Positions 30,027 to 41,097 of a stretch of 64,000 nucleotides of DNA are shown in pieces. The stretch covers positions 192,001-256,000 of the forward strand of contig CAVTBU010000007.1 of the NCBI GenBank assembly GCA_963733035.1. Direction: 5' to 3'. The first letter of the stretch is position 1, and every line of letters starts with the position of its first letter. The DNA comes from Pirellulales bacterium (lineage in GTDB: Bacteria; Planctomycetota; Planctomycetia; Pirellulales; PALSA-1355). Below the pieces are notes generated by a model. The model worked only from the letters and a program-made list of their open reading frames with translations. It made no database searches and was not told where the DNA came from. The translations under genes were made by a program, and so were the position numbers.

Positions 30027-31472
30027 ATGGCAAACGCCGCACGACTGAATAAACGTTCGCGTACCAAAATCATTGCCACCATCGGCCCGGCCTGCCAGTC
30101 ACCCGAAAAGTTGACGGAACTGGTTCTCGCAGGCGCCGATGTCTTTCGGCTCAATATGGCCCATGCCAGCCGGGAGCAACACCTGGAAACGCTGGCGATG
30201 ATTCGCCAAATCAGCCGCGAGTTGAAACAGCCGATTGCGGTGCTCGCCGATTTGGCCGGGCCGAAGATCAGGCTGGGGGTACTGCCTGGCGATATGCTCG
30301 AATGCGAAACCGGTGCCGAGTTCCGCTTCGTACGCGGCCAGCAATCCGACGATTCGCACGACTTGGTAACAACGTATGAGCCCCTGGTCGACGAACTCGA
30401 GGTCGGTAATACGGTGATGCTGGCCGATGGCACGGTTGGCATGAAGGTCGTGAAAAAGGGCGCCAACTTCGCCTGCTGCCACGTGACGCAGCCCGGAGTG
30501 ATTCGTAGTCGCCAGGGGCTGAACCTGCCTGGCGTAAAGCTCAGCGCGCCGGCGATGGATGACGAGGACCGGCAAAATGCCATTTGGGCCGCTGAGAATC
30601 AAATCGACTTTGTCGGCCTGAGCTTCGTTCGCCAGGCGAGCGACGTTCACGGCTTGAAGGAGCTCTTGCGCTCTCGTGGTTCGGCGGCGCGGGTGATCGC
30701 CAAGATCGAAAAACCCGAGGCGATCGAACAGCTTGACGCGATTGTCAACGAGGCCGACGCCATCATGGTGGCCCGCGGCGATTTGGGAGTTGAAATCAAC
30801 GTCGCCCAAATGCCGGTTGTCCAAAAACAGATCGTAGCCGTTTGCACCGAACATCAGAAACCGGTGATCATCGCCACCCAGATGCTCGATAGCATGCAGC
30901 ACTCGCGGCGGCCCACGCGGGCCGAAGTCACCGACGTGGCCAATGCCATTCTCGACGGCGGCGATGCCTGCATGCTCTCGGGTGAGACCGCCATTGGCGA
31001 GTACCCCCGCGAGGCGGTGCAAATGATGAACGAAGTGGCGCAGGCCACTGAAGAGCTGTTTCGCGACAATGTGCCTCGCGAGTCCGGCGAGTTCCGAGCC
31101 GAGGGATTGCATCCGGTCACGTCGGCCGTCGTCTACGGCGCCGGACACATGGCGGCCGAGCTCGACGCCAAACTCGTCATCGTCGTCAGCCACTCAGGCG
31201 CCACGGCCCTTGCGATTTCGAAGCAACGCAACTATGTGCCCACGGTTGGCATCAGCGACAGCCCGCGAACACTGCGGCAAATGTGTCTTTACTGGGGCGT
31301 GATTCCGCTGGGCGAGGTCACTCCCGACGACAACAATACGACGCTCGCCGCAGCCACCGAGTGGGGCCGAGACGCCGGGGTCCTCGGCCCGGGTGACTAC
31401 GTAGTGCTGGTGGGCGGATTAGGGCTGCACGTCGGTTCGCACAATCAGGTTATCGTGCACCGCGTGGAATAG
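30027..31472 (+). CDS. pyk: Pyruvate kinase
   Basis: TKIIATIGPA, RLNMAH, DLAGPKIR, IAKIEK, MVARGDLGVE, ATQMLDSM, MLSGETA. Confidence 0.98.
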   Translation: MANAARLNKRSRTKIIATIGPACQSPEKLTELVLAGADVFRLNMAHASREQHLETLAMIRQISRELKQPIAVLADLAGPKIRLGVLPGDMLECETGAEFRFVRGQQSDDSHDLVTTYEPLVDELEVGNTVMLADGTVGMKVVKKGANFACCHVTQPGVIRSRQGLNLPGVKLSAPAMDDEDRQNAIWAAENQIDFVGLSFVRQASDVHGLKELLRSRGSAARVIAKIEKPEAIEQLDAIVNEADAIMVARGDLGVEINVAQMPVVQKQIVAVCTEHQKPVIIATQMLDSMQHSRRPTRAEVTDVANAILDGGDACMLSGETAIGEYPREAVQMMNEVAQATEELFRDNVPRESGEFRAEGLHPVTSAVVYGAGHMAAELDAKLVIVVSHSGATALAISKQRNYVPTVGISDSPRTLRQMCLYWGVIPLGEVTPDDNNTTLAAATEWGRDAGVLGPGDYVVLVGGLGLHVGSHNQVIVHRVE

Positions 31473-31566
31473 CGGCAAATCTCGCGGGGGGAACTTTTTG
31501 CCAGCGGCCAGCGTCCAATTTGGTGCGTTGGTTCCCAGGAACTCGTTCTCCCTTCCGGTGCTGATC

Positions 31567-32832
31567 ATGATGTGCTCGTTGTTTGCTCGGCGAATTCGTG
31601 TCGTCTCCCTTATACTGTCGCTGGTCATGAGCTTTTGGGGGGTAGTTTCCACGCCGCTCATCGCAGCCCAGTTCGTCAAGAAATCTCGCAAGATGTCCAT
31701 CCACGGTCGACAGCCCGATGCCCCACTCGATCCCTTTGCCAGGTCGTTGTATGAGCAGCTGTCGCGGCGTCCTGGCAACCTGACATTCTCGCCGCCCAGC
31801 ATCGAAGCCTGCGTGCTGTTGGCGCTTGCAGGCGCTGGCGGAACGACGGCCGATGAAATCGCCGAGGCGCTCAAGCTCGACCGTCGCGATCGGGCCGACT
31901 TGCCGCGACTGCTGGATCGCTTTCGAGGTGCCGTGTCAAGCGAGAAATCAGGCACGTCCTACACCATCGCCAACTCAGTCTGGGTGCAAAAAGGGTATCC
32001 GCTGATCGATGCGTATCGCCGGTTGTTGGAATCCGGCGGCAGGGCGACGTTTGGGGCGGTCGACTTTGCCGCCGATCCGGCGGGCGCGCGACAAACCGTC
32101 AACGCCTGGGTCGATGAAGCGACGCATCACAAGATCTCACAACTGCTCGGGCAGTCCGACGTCACCGCCGAGACCAGGCTTGTGCTGGCCAACGCGATTT
32201 ACTTCAAGAGCCGGTGGCAGGCGCAGTTCGATCCCATCTCCACGAGCCCCCAGCCTTTCCATCGACCAGGCAAGCCGGACGTCAAAGTGCCGCTGATGTA
32301 CGTCCAAGAAGACTTCCGCTACTACGAGACCGACGCGTATCAAGTGCTCGAATTGCCGTATGAAGGGACACCGCATGCGATGGTCGTGTGGCTGCCGAAA
32401 CAGGTTGATGGCTTGCCAGCATTCGAACGCGAGTTGATTGCCAGCGACGCGGCCAAGCCTTTTGCGGAACTGCAGCGCGAGACCGTCGAAGTATTTCTGC
32501 CGCGGTTCAAAATCGTCAGCCAGTTGGCGCTCGATGAAGTGCTCGAAGACCTCGGCATGCGTCAGGCATTCACCGCCGAGGCCAATTTCTCGGGCATTAG
32601 CCGCGAACCATTGATGATTTCGACGGTCGTTCACCAGGCGCTGGTGGAAGTGGACGAAGAAGGGACCGAGGCCGCCGCCGCCACGGGCGCAGTCGCCGCA
32701 CCCACCGCCGCGACCCCGGACTTAGAGCCCGTCAAAGTCTTCCGGGCTGATCATCCATTTCTGTTCGCCATCCGCAACACGACAACCGGCCGAGTGTTAT
32801 TTCTGGGCCGGTACTTCAATCCCGAGGAATAG
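31567..32832 (+). CDS. Serpin family protein, probably exported
   Basis: NLTFSP, LANAIYFKSRW, LPRFK, hinge DEEGTEAAAAT, FRADHPFLFAI..LFLGR; start uncertain. Confidence 0.95.
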   Translation: MMCSLFARRIRVVSLILSLVMSFWGVVSTPLIAAQFVKKSRKMSIHGRQPDAPLDPFARSLYEQLSRRPGNLTFSPPSIEACVLLALAGAGGTTADEIAEALKLDRRDRADLPRLLDRFRGAVSSEKSGTSYTIANSVWVQKGYPLIDAYRRLLESGGRATFGAVDFAADPAGARQTVNAWVDEATHHKISQLLGQSDVTAETRLVLANAIYFKSRWQAQFDPISTSPQPFHRPGKPDVKVPLMYVQEDFRYYETDAYQVLELPYEGTPHAMVVWLPKQVDGLPAFERELIASDAAKPFAELQRETVEVFLPRFKIVSQLALDEVLEDLGMRQAFTAEANFSGISREPLMISTVVHQALVEVDEEGTEAAAATGAVAAPTAATPDLEPVKVFRADHPFLFAIRNTTTGRVLFLGRYFNPEE

Positions 32833-34353
32833 GTGCGCTTGCAGGAATTCGATGTTGTCGTAGTCGGTGGAGGAGGCAGCGGGCTGGCAGCTGCTGTTAG
32901 CGCAGCCGAAGAAGGCTTGCGAGTGCTGCTGTTGGAGAAGCGCCCGCAACCGGGCGGCACGACGGGCATTGCCGTCGGGTCGTTCACCGCCAGCGATACA
33001 CGGTTGCAAAGGCGCCAAAATCTCAATGACAGCCCGCAGGAGCACGATGTTGACGCCGGCAAGTTTGCTTCACCCGAAATCGAAGCTCGCAACAACATCG
33101 CGCTGCGGCGGTTCTTTCTCGCGCACTCGGCCGACACGCTGCACTGGCTGATGGACCTGGGACTGGTGTTTCATGGGCCGTCGCCCGAGCCGCCCAATCG
33201 CCGTGCGCGGATGCACAATGTCGTGCCAAACGCCAAGGCCTACATCGCCGTCTTGCAGGCCCGGCTCATGCGGCTCGGCGGTCAAATCTGGTGCGATTCC
33301 GCCGTTGAGCAGATTCTAACCGAAGACGATCGCGTCACGGGCGTTGCTGTCCGGCGTGGCGCGATGAACGAACTGATTGCCGCAAAAAGAGGCGTTGTGC
33401 TGGCCACCGGCGACTACGCCAATAGTGCCGAGATCGTTACCCGTTACAAAGGAGCGCAGTACAAAACTGTCGAGGGCATCAACCCGCATGCCACGGGCGA
33501 CGGGCACCTGCTGGCCGAACGACTCGGCGCGCAGCTCGTGAACATGGATGTGACCTATGGACCGGAACTGCGTTTCGTGCCGCCGCCGCGCGAGCCGTTC
33601 GCGCAATTGCTACCTGCTTCCGGGCCGCTAGCTCGGCTGATGGGGCTGGCACTGCCTTGGTTGCCCAAGTCGCTTTTGGCAGGCATGGTCAAGCGGCTGT
33701 TGGTTACCTGGCAACATCCAGAGAACGCACTACTGGACGAGGGTGCAATCCTGGTGAACCGGCACGCGGAGCGATTCTGTTGCGAGACGACCTGGCCCGA
33801 GCGCGAAATCGCCGTGTCGCGACAACCCGACAAGGTTGCCTTCCTGTTGCTCGACGAGCGGCTAACCGAGCGTTACAGCCGCTGGCCGCATTTCATTTCC
33901 ACGGCACCTGAAATCGCTTACGCGTATGTCGACGACTACTTGCGGTTGCGGCCCGACGTGGCGGTTGCTTGTCCGAGCATCGTTGGGATTGCCAACGCAC
34001 GACAGCTTCCGGCCGATGCGCTTCAAGAGACGGTCGACGAGTGCAATCGTGTCGCGCGGGGAACGGCCATCGACCGATTCGGCCGCAAAGACCTGCGGCC
34101 GTTCGACGGTAATCGTTGGGTGCTACTCGGACCAGTCAAAGCCTATTTCACCACCACCGAAGGGGGCGCGTCGATCGATCAGCAGTTTCAGGTGCTCGAT
34201 AGCGCCGGTCAGCCCATTCCCGGTCTGTACGCCGTCGGACAGGTCGGCCTCGGTGGTCAAATCCTCTGGGGACACGGTCTGCACATCGCCTGGGCAATGA
34301 CTAGCGGTCGGCTGGTCGGAAAGGTGCTGGCAGCGGCGCTGGATGTCGGCTGA
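32833..34353 (+). CDS. FAD-dependent oxidoreductase (fumarate reductase / 3-ketosteroid dehydrogenase flavoprotein family)
   Basis: VVVGGGGSG, GGTT, VVLATGDY, TGDG, TTEGG, IPGLYAVG; GTG start directly after the serpin stop. Confidence 0.88.
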   Translation: MRLQEFDVVVVGGGGSGLAAAVSAAEEGLRVLLLEKRPQPGGTTGIAVGSFTASDTRLQRRQNLNDSPQEHDVDAGKFASPEIEARNNIALRRFFLAHSADTLHWLMDLGLVFHGPSPEPPNRRARMHNVVPNAKAYIAVLQARLMRLGGQIWCDSAVEQILTEDDRVTGVAVRRGAMNELIAAKRGVVLATGDYANSAEIVTRYKGAQYKTVEGINPHATGDGHLLAERLGAQLVNMDVTYGPELRFVPPPREPFAQLLPASGPLARLMGLALPWLPKSLLAGMVKRLLVTWQHPENALLDEGAILVNRHAERFCCETTWPEREIAVSRQPDKVAFLLLDERLTERYSRWPHFISTAPEIAYAYVDDYLRLRPDVAVACPSIVGIANARQLPADALQETVDECNRVARGTAIDRFGRKDLRPFDGNRWVLLGPVKAYFTTTEGGASIDQQFQVLDSAGQPIPGLYAVGQVGLGGQILWGHGLHIAWAMTSGRLVGKVLAAALDVG

Positions 34354-34522
34354 CCGTCGCGCGGGTCGCGGCCGGCAAACCTGGGTGGCCGTTGCGTCCA
34401 AATTCGCTTCTCAACGTATTTGATGTCGAGCATATGGCCGCGAACCGGCCCTTGCCCAATGGGGTCTATCCGGGGAAAATGGCCCGTTTCACTCACCCCG
34501 GCTCTTCGGACTCTTTCGTGCC

Positions 34523-35737
34523 ATGCCTAGTTGTGTCTTAGCGTACTCGGGCGGATTGGATACTTCGGTCATCTTGGGGTGGTTGCAGGACGAAGGCTAT
34601 GATGTCCACGCCGTGTATGTCGACCTAGGGCAACCGTGCGAAGACCGCGAAGCCATTCTCAACAAAGCTCGCACATGCGGTGCCAAAAGCGCTCGCATCG
34701 TCGACGCCCGCGAAGCGTTGTGCCGCGACTTTGCCTTTCCGGTCTTGCAGTGGCAAGCCAAATACGAGGGCATTTATCTGCTGGGAACCTCGATTGCCCG
34801 GCCGCTAATCTCGAAGGTCTGCCTGCAAGTCGCCCGCGAAGTGGGGGCCGACGCCTACGCACACGGCGCCACGGGCAAGGGGAACGATCAGTGCCGCTTT
34901 CAATTGGCGGCCGAAGCACTCGACCCGGCCGTCAAAGTGATCGCTCCCTGGCGGATCGAGAAGTTTCGCAAGTTGTTTCCCGGGCGGAGCGAGATGATTG
35001 CGTTTTGCGACCAGAAGAAGATTCCAGTTAAAGCCTCGCTGGCCAAGCCCTACAGTTCCGATGAAAACTGCCTGCACATCAGCTACGAGGCCGGCAAGCT
35101 CGAAGACCTCGCCGTCAACGGCGTAGAGCTGGTTGACTTCGGCATGACCGTCTCTCCGCAAGAAGCGCCCGAGGCAGGCGAAACCGTCACGATTGGCTTC
35201 GAAAAGGGTGTGCCAACGACAATCGACGGCAAGAAGCTCTCGGCCTTGGAAGTGGTGACCGAACTGAACAAGATCGGCGGCCGCAATGGCGTCGGCCGGA
35301 TCGACATCGTCGAGAACCGCTTCGTCGGTATGAAGAGCCGCGGCGTGTACGAAGCCCCCGGGATGACCGTGCTCTACTTTGCCCAGATGATGATCGAGCA
35401 GTTGACGCTCGACCGCGATCTGACGCACCTCCGCGACCGGCTCGCTCCCGAGGTGGCTGAGATGGTCTACTACGGTTTCTGGTACTCGGCCAAGATGGAC
35501 GCCCTACTGGCCTTCATTCGCGAGGCCCAAAAAAACGTTACCGGGGAAGTGAAGCTCAAGCTCTACAAGGGCAACCTGATCGTCGACAGCCGCCAAAGCC
35601 CCAACAGCCTGTACGACGAAGGGATTGCCAGCATGGAAGGGGGCGGCAGCTACAACCAAACCGACGCCGAAGGCTTCCTCCGCATTCAATCCCTCCCTGG
35701 CCGCGTGCAGGGACGTGTCACGCCGCGTAAATACTAG
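34523..35737 (+). CDS. argG: Argininosuccinate synthase
   Basis: LAYSGGLDTS, YLLGTSIARP, HGATGKGNDQ, ENRFVGMKSRGVYE. Confidence 0.98.
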   Translation: MPSCVLAYSGGLDTSVILGWLQDEGYDVHAVYVDLGQPCEDREAILNKARTCGAKSARIVDAREALCRDFAFPVLQWQAKYEGIYLLGTSIARPLISKVCLQVAREVGADAYAHGATGKGNDQCRFQLAAEALDPAVKVIAPWRIEKFRKLFPGRSEMIAFCDQKKIPVKASLAKPYSSDENCLHISYEAGKLEDLAVNGVELVDFGMTVSPQEAPEAGETVTIGFEKGVPTTIDGKKLSALEVVTELNKIGGRNGVGRIDIVENRFVGMKSRGVYEAPGMTVLYFAQMMIEQLTLDRDLTHLRDRLAPEVAEMVYYGFWYSAKMDALLAFIREAQKNVTGEVKLKLYKGNLIVDSRQSPNSLYDEGIASMEGGGSYNQTDAEGFLRIQSLPGRVQGRVTPRKY

Positions 35738-35813
35738 AGGTTCGCTCACGGTACGGTAGAATCGAGTAGAGCGGGCGATTCGGCGATTTGAGCGGGAAAG
35801 CAGGTAGGACCCG

Positions 35814-37097
35814 ATGAACGTGCTGATTATTGGCAACGGCGGCCGTGAGCATGCCTTGGCATGGAAGATCAAGCAAAGCCCGCGCGCGGAGAGGGTCTTC
35901 GTTGCCCCCGGCAATGCCGGCACCGCCATCGACGCCGAGAACGTCGACATCTCCGCCAGCGATTTTCCCCGCTTGATCAAGTTCGCCCAACAGAACAAAG
36001 TCGAGCTGACCGTTGTCGGTCCGGAGCTGCCACTCACCAAAGGCATCGTCGACGCCTTCAGCGATGCCAGACTACGGATCTTTGGTCCCCGCAAGAACGC
36101 CGCTGAGCTCGAAGGGAGCAAGGTCTTTTGCAAGAACCTGCTCCGCCACGCCGACGTGCCCACGGCCGACTATCGCGTCTTCCGCAACGCCGACCACGCC
36201 ACAACCTTCCTCAAAGACCGGGAAGATGTGCCGGTTGTGGTGAAGGCCGATGGACTGGCCGCAGGCAAGGGTGTCTTCGTCTGCGCCACCCGTACCGAGG
36301 CCATCGAAGCGGTGAAACGCATCGGCCGCAACAAGGAATTTGGCGAAGCCGGCAATCAAATCGTGATCGAGGAACGGCTCGACGGCGAGGAAGCCAGCGT
36401 GCTGGCGATTACCGATGGGCGGACGATTGTCACCTTGCCGGCTGCCCAGGACCACAAGCGCGCCTATGACGGCGACACCGGCCCGAACACCGGCGGCATG
36501 GGCGCCTACAGCCCGGCCCCGCTAATCGACGAGGAGAAACTGCACCTGATCGAAGAGCAGGTGCTGGTGCCAACGGTGCACGCGATGAAGCGCGGCCGGC
36601 GTCCGTTCCGTGGCGTGCTGTATGCCGGGCTGATGATGACCAACCAAGGTCCCAAGGTGCTCGAATACAACGTGCGGTTTGGCGATCCGGAGTGCCAGCC
36701 GATTCTAATGCGGCTGCAAAGCGATCTGCTCGACGTGATTGAAGCAACCGTCGATGGCCGCCTCGACGAAATCGAGCCCATGCGCTGGGACCCGCGACCG
36801 GCAGTGTGCGTGGTGATGGCCAGTGAAGGGTATCCGGGCGCCTATGAACGAGAGTTCCCCATCCGTGGCCTGGATGAAGCAGCCAAGATTTCCGACGTCA
36901 AAGTCTTTCACGCCGGCACGGCCACTGTCGACGGCCAGGTGGTTACCAATGGCGGCCGCGTGCTGGGCGTGACGGCGCTAGGCAGCTCCATTCCGGCCGC
37001 CAAGCTGCAGGCCTATACCGCCGTCAAATGCATCCGTTGGAACGGGGCCTGGTGCCGCAAGGATATCTCCGACAAGGCACTGTCGTCGGTACGCTAG
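35814..37097 (+). CDS. purD: Phosphoribosylamine--glycine ligase
   Basis: GNGGREHAL, LEGSK, KADGLAAGKGV, QDHKR, GPNTGGMG, EYNVRFGDPE. Confidence 0.98.
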   Translation: MNVLIIGNGGREHALAWKIKQSPRAERVFVAPGNAGTAIDAENVDISASDFPRLIKFAQQNKVELTVVGPELPLTKGIVDAFSDARLRIFGPRKNAAELEGSKVFCKNLLRHADVPTADYRVFRNADHATTFLKDREDVPVVVKADGLAAGKGVFVCATRTEAIEAVKRIGRNKEFGEAGNQIVIEERLDGEEASVLAITDGRTIVTLPAAQDHKRAYDGDTGPNTGGMGAYSPAPLIDEEKLHLIEEQVLVPTVHAMKRGRRPFRGVLYAGLMMTNQGPKVLEYNVRFGDPECQPILMRLQSDLLDVIEATVDGRLDEIEPMRWDPRPAVCVVMASEGYPGAYEREFPIRGLDEAAKISDVKVFHAGTATVDGQVVTNGGRVLGVTALGSSIPAAKLQAYTAVKCIRWNGAWCRKDISDKALSSVR

Positions 37098-37247
37098 CGG
37101 CCGCTTGCTTCGAGCCTGAACGGCCGATTGGGGCGGGCAGTCTGCCAAGCTGGGGGCCTGTCACCTTGCTCCTCGTTTTTGCCGCCCCACGAATAGCTTT
37201 TCGTGATGTTTACACCCGAGTATCACCCTCGAATCGCCCTCTGGCAG

Positions 37248-37291
37248 GTTTTCGCATATTGGGTTGTCAAAATTACGTTAAACGCTAGAAT
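37248..37291 (+). promoter_or_regulatory. suf operon promoter overlapped by an imperfect inverted repeat (candidate SufR operator)
   Basis: TTGTCA(37264)-N16-TAGAAT(37286); imperfect palindrome GTTTTCGCATA-TTGG-GTTGTCAAAAT covering the -35 box. Confidence 0.5.
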
Positions 37292-37320
37292 TAGGGTGTT
37301 AGCACTTAGGAATTCAGGTC

Positions 37321-37974
37321 ATGAACCAGGTAGCCGAAAGCTCGGATGTTGGCATTCTCGATCTGCTTCGCAGGTCGGGTCCGCTCGGCGTCTCGGCCCT
37401 TACCGAGGCCACCGGCGTCACGCCAACGGCTGTACGCCAGCGGTTGGTGCGGCTGATGGCCGAGGGGCTGCTGGACCGCGAGGTGAGCCGAACCGGCCGC
37501 GGACGTCCGAGCCACCGCTATACCCTGACCGAGAAGGGCCGGCGACGCGTGGGAGCGAATTTTGCCGATCTGGCGATGGCCCTGTGGAGCGAAGTTCGGG
37601 CGATCGAAAACCCGGAAATTCGTCGGGGCCTGCTGGAGCGAATCGCTAAAACCATGGCCAAACTATACGGATCGAAAGTGGCTGGCGCGACAACCTCCGA
37701 GCGAATGCAGTCGGTTTCGCGGATTTTTGCCGAGCGAAACGTGCCATTCGACGTCGACGAATCGGGGACGCTTCCCGTGCTAACGGCACAGGCCTGTCCG
37801 TATCCGGGACTAGCCGAGCAGGATCGGGGGATATGTGCTTTGGAGCGGATGATGTTTTCCGAGTTGGTTGGCGATGCGCTGCGGCTTTCCGATTGCCGGT
37901 TGGACGGCGACGATTGTTGCCGCTTTGAGCCCAAAGGTGGTCCTTTAAAACAAGCTGCCGCGACGGTAAAGTGA
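37321..37974 (+). CDS. sufR: SufR-like winged-HTH Fe-S sensing transcriptional regulator
   Basis: HTH with GRGRP wing; C-terminal CPY-x10-C..E and C-x6-CC Cys ligands; first gene of the suf cluster. Confidence 0.85.
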   Translation: MNQVAESSDVGILDLLRRSGPLGVSALTEATGVTPTAVRQRLVRLMAEGLLDREVSRTGRGRPSHRYTLTEKGRRRVGANFADLAMALWSEVRAIENPEIRRGLLERIAKTMAKLYGSKVAGATTSERMQSVSRIFAERNVPFDVDESGTLPVLTAQACPYPGLAEQDRGICALERMMFSELVGDALRLSDCRLDGDDCCRFEPKGGPLKQAAATVK

Positions 37975-38022
37975 AGGGTTTCATGACGTTCCGAGCCCCT
38001 TCTTAGTCGAGAAAAACAAGCC

Positions 38023-38616
38023 ATGACACAACCTTGGATCGAAGGCCGGTTTGAAGAGGGCCTGATTCTCACCACGGTCGAGCAAGGCATGAACTGGGCC
38101 CGCCAGGCAAGCATCTGGCCGATGACCTTCGGCTTGGCGTGCTGCGCCATCGAGATGATGGCCACCGGCGCCAGCCGCTACGACATCGACCGCTTTGGCG
38201 CCGGAGCGTTTCGCGCCAGCCCGCGGCAGGCCGACCTGATGATCGTGGCCGGTACGGTCACCTACAAAATGGCCAGCCGCGTTCGCCGCCTTTACAACCA
38301 GATGCCCAACCCGAAGTTCGTGGTGGCCATGGGCGCCTGCACGGTCGGTGGCGGCCCCTACTTCAAATACGGTTATCACGTCGTCAAGGGAGTGGATCTG
38401 GTCGTTCCGGTTGACGTCTACGTGCCCGGCTGCCCGCCGCGTCCCGAGGCCTTGCTCGAAGGCTTGATGCGAATCCAAGACAAAATCATGGGGCACAAGA
38501 TCGGCCGCCGTGGCGATGCCAAAATCGACGACGAATTGCCGATTCCGCATCACTCCGGCTACGTCAGTGCCCCCGAGGACGAACCGCTATTCGATCACCA
38601 GAAGATTACAGGGTAA
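38023..38616 (+). CDS. nuoB: NADH-quinone oxidoreductase subunit B, stand-alone
   Basis: [60 protein letters not shown]. Confidence 0.95.
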   Translation: MTQPWIEGRFEEGLILTTVEQGMNWARQASIWPMTFGLACCAIEMMATGASRYDIDRFGAGAFRASPRQADLMIVAGTVTYKMASRVRRLYNQMPNPKFVVAMGACTVGGGPYFKYGYHVVKGVDLVVPVDVYVPGCPPRPEALLEGLMRIQDKIMGHKIGRRGDAKIDDELPIPHHSGYVSAPEDEPLFDHQKITG

Positions 38617-38691
38617 GCGAGAAGGACGAAGGCGGAAGGATCTACAACGAGAGATCCTTCGGTCCAGCAGAAATGGGAAACCAACACCGCA

Positions 38692-39516
38692 ATGGCTGAT
38701 ACGCTGAAAATCACGGATTTGCACGTTTCGACGTCCGAGGGCAAGGAGATCTTGCGCGGCGTCAACCTCGAGATCAAACGGGGCGAAGTGCATGCCCTGA
38801 TGGGGCCCAACGGTTCCGGCAAGAGCACGCTGGGTTATGCCATCATGGGGCACCCCGGTTACGAAGTGACCCAGGGGAGCATTATGCTCAATGGCGAGGA
38901 CGTGTTGGCCATGGAGCCCAACCAGCGGGCGCGGGCTGGCATCTTTCTGGCCTTCCAGCGGCCGATGGCCATTCCTGGCGTGAAGATGGCCGACTTCCTG
39001 CGCCACGCGGCCACGAACGTTCGCCGCCCGGAGCGGAAGGAAGGCGAAGAGTTGATTCCCATGCGTGAGTTTCGCAAGGAGCTGAATCAGAAGATGGAAC
39101 AGCTTCGCATGGACAAGGAGTTCGCCCGCCGCTACGTGAACGATGGTTTCTCGGGGGGTGAGATGAAGCGGGCCGAGATTCTGCAATTGGCCATGCTGCG
39201 TCCCAAGTTTGCAATCCTCGACGAAACCGACTCGGGCCTCGACGTCGACGCGGTGCGATTGGCCAGCCAGAGCATTGCCGACATCGGCGGCAAGGACATG
39301 GGCATCCTGATTATCACGCACCACGAACACCTGCTCGAACACAACCGGCCCGACTTCACGCACGTTATTCTCGGTGGGCGAATCGTCGAGACTGGCGGGC
39401 CGGAGTTGGCATTGGAACTGCATAAGCAGGGGTACGACCGCATTCGCGCGGCCTATCCCGAAGCGGCCGCCGTCGACGCGGCCATGAAAGAAGACGAAAC
39501 GGCCGCGGTCCACTGA
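38692..39516 (+). CDS. sufC: Fe-S cluster assembly ATPase SufC
   Basis: MGPNGSGKST, GIFLAFQ, NDGFSGGEMKR, ILDETDSGLDVDA. Confidence 0.97.
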   Translation: MADTLKITDLHVSTSEGKEILRGVNLEIKRGEVHALMGPNGSGKSTLGYAIMGHPGYEVTQGSIMLNGEDVLAMEPNQRARAGIFLAFQRPMAIPGVKMADFLRHAATNVRRPERKEGEELIPMREFRKELNQKMEQLRMDKEFARRYVNDGFSGGEMKRAEILQLAMLRPKFAILDETDSGLDVDAVRLASQSIADIGGKDMGILIITHHEHLLEHNRPDFTHVILGGRIVETGGPELALELHKQGYDRIRAAYPEAAAVDAAMKEDETAAVH

Positions 39517-39599
39517 CGTCGGATGGTCGAACGGGCAGGAATACCTGCCGGGCAGTGGCTTTTTGAATGCGATCACCTTCAACGAAAGCGTTTTGAAAA

Positions 39600-41005
39600 A
39601 TGGCAACCGACGTAGCTTCCAAACCGAATATCGGCGAAATCAACAAGTACGATTTCCACACCGATTCGAAGTACGTCTTCAAGGCGCGCAAAGGAATCGA
39701 CGCGGACATTGTGCGTCAGATTTCCGAGATGAAGAACGAGCCGGCCTGGATGCGCGACTTCCGGCTCAAGAGCCTGGAGATCTTCAATAGCAAGCCGATG
39801 CCGCGGTGGGGCGGTAGTATCGACATCGACTTCCAGGACATCTACTACTACCTCAAGCCCGCCGACCGGCAGGGCAAGACCTGGGACGAAGTGCCGGAGG
39901 AAATCAAAAAGACCTTCGACCGACTAGGCATTCCTGAAGCCGAGAAGAAGTTCCTGGCCGGCGTGAAGGCCCAATTCGAGAGCGAAGTCATCTACGGTTC
40001 GCTCAAAGACGATTTGGGTCGCCAGGGCGTCATCTTTACGGACACCGACACGGCCGTCCGCGAATATCCGGATCTGGTGCGCGAGTATTTCTCCACAATC
40101 ATCCCCCCGGCCGACAATAAGTTCGCCGCGCTCAACTCGGCGGTCTGGTCAGGCGGCTCGTTCATTTACGTGCCAAAGGGGGTGAAGATCGAGTTCCCGC
40201 TGCAGGCTTACTTCCGCATTAATGCCGAGAACATGGGGCAGTTCGAGCGGACGCTGATCATCGTCGACGAGGGAGCCGAAGTGCACTACGTCGAAGGTTG
40301 CACGGCCCCCATGTACAGCACCGAGAGTCTGCATTCGGCGGTAGTTGAAATCATCGTCAAGAAACACGCCCGTTGCCGTTACACGACGATCCAGAACTGG
40401 GCCAACAACATCTACAACCTGGTGACCAAGCGGGCCGTGGCTTACGAAGTGCGCTGATGGAATGGATCGACGGCAACCTGGGCAGCCGACTAACGATGAA
40501 GTATCCGGCCGTGTACATGATGGAGCCGGGCGCTCGTGGAGAAATCCTCTCGATCGCCTTCTCCTCGGCTGGCCAACATCAAGACGCCGGGGCAAAAGTG
40601 GTGCACTGTGCTCCGCATACATCGAGCCGTATCATCTCCAAGTCAATCTCCAAGAACGGCGGCCGCTCCAGCTACCGCGGTCTGGTGAAGGTCGAAAACG
40701 GTGCCCACAAGTCAAAATCGAGTGTCGTGTGCGACGCGCTGATCCTCGATCCGCAGAGCCGTAGCGATACGTATCCGTATCTGGAAATCGACGAGCAGGA
40801 CGTGACCATCGGGCACGAGGCCAGCGTCTCGCGGATCGGCGAAGAACAGCTGTTCTACCTGACCAGTCGCGGACTGTCGGAAGCCGAGGCCAGCACGATG
40901 ATCGTCAACGGGTTTATCGAGCCGCTGATCAAAGAGCTGCCGATGGAATATGCCGTCGAGATGAACCGACTGATCGAACTGCAAATGGAAGGTTCGGTCG
41001 GCTAA
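39600..41005 (+). CDS. sufB: Fe-S cluster assembly protein SufB, frameshifted near 40450
   Basis: ORF 39600..40457 (..[34 protein letters not shown]) continues as [23 protein letters not shown] in ORF 40373..41005; one base is missing in GAAGTGCGC. Confidence 0.95.
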
Positions 41006-41097
41006 CGTCGTCGCGGCCGGCCCCACCTGCCCGCATCGTCCAAGCGTCCCTTTAAGAAAGCCGGGGGAATGGCTCCCCCGGGACTAAATCGCACTCC

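Noticed and set aside
40373..40460. Intein or intron in sufB (a known intein host)
   Set aside because: The two parts join directly (AYE-x-ALMEW) with no inserted sequence.
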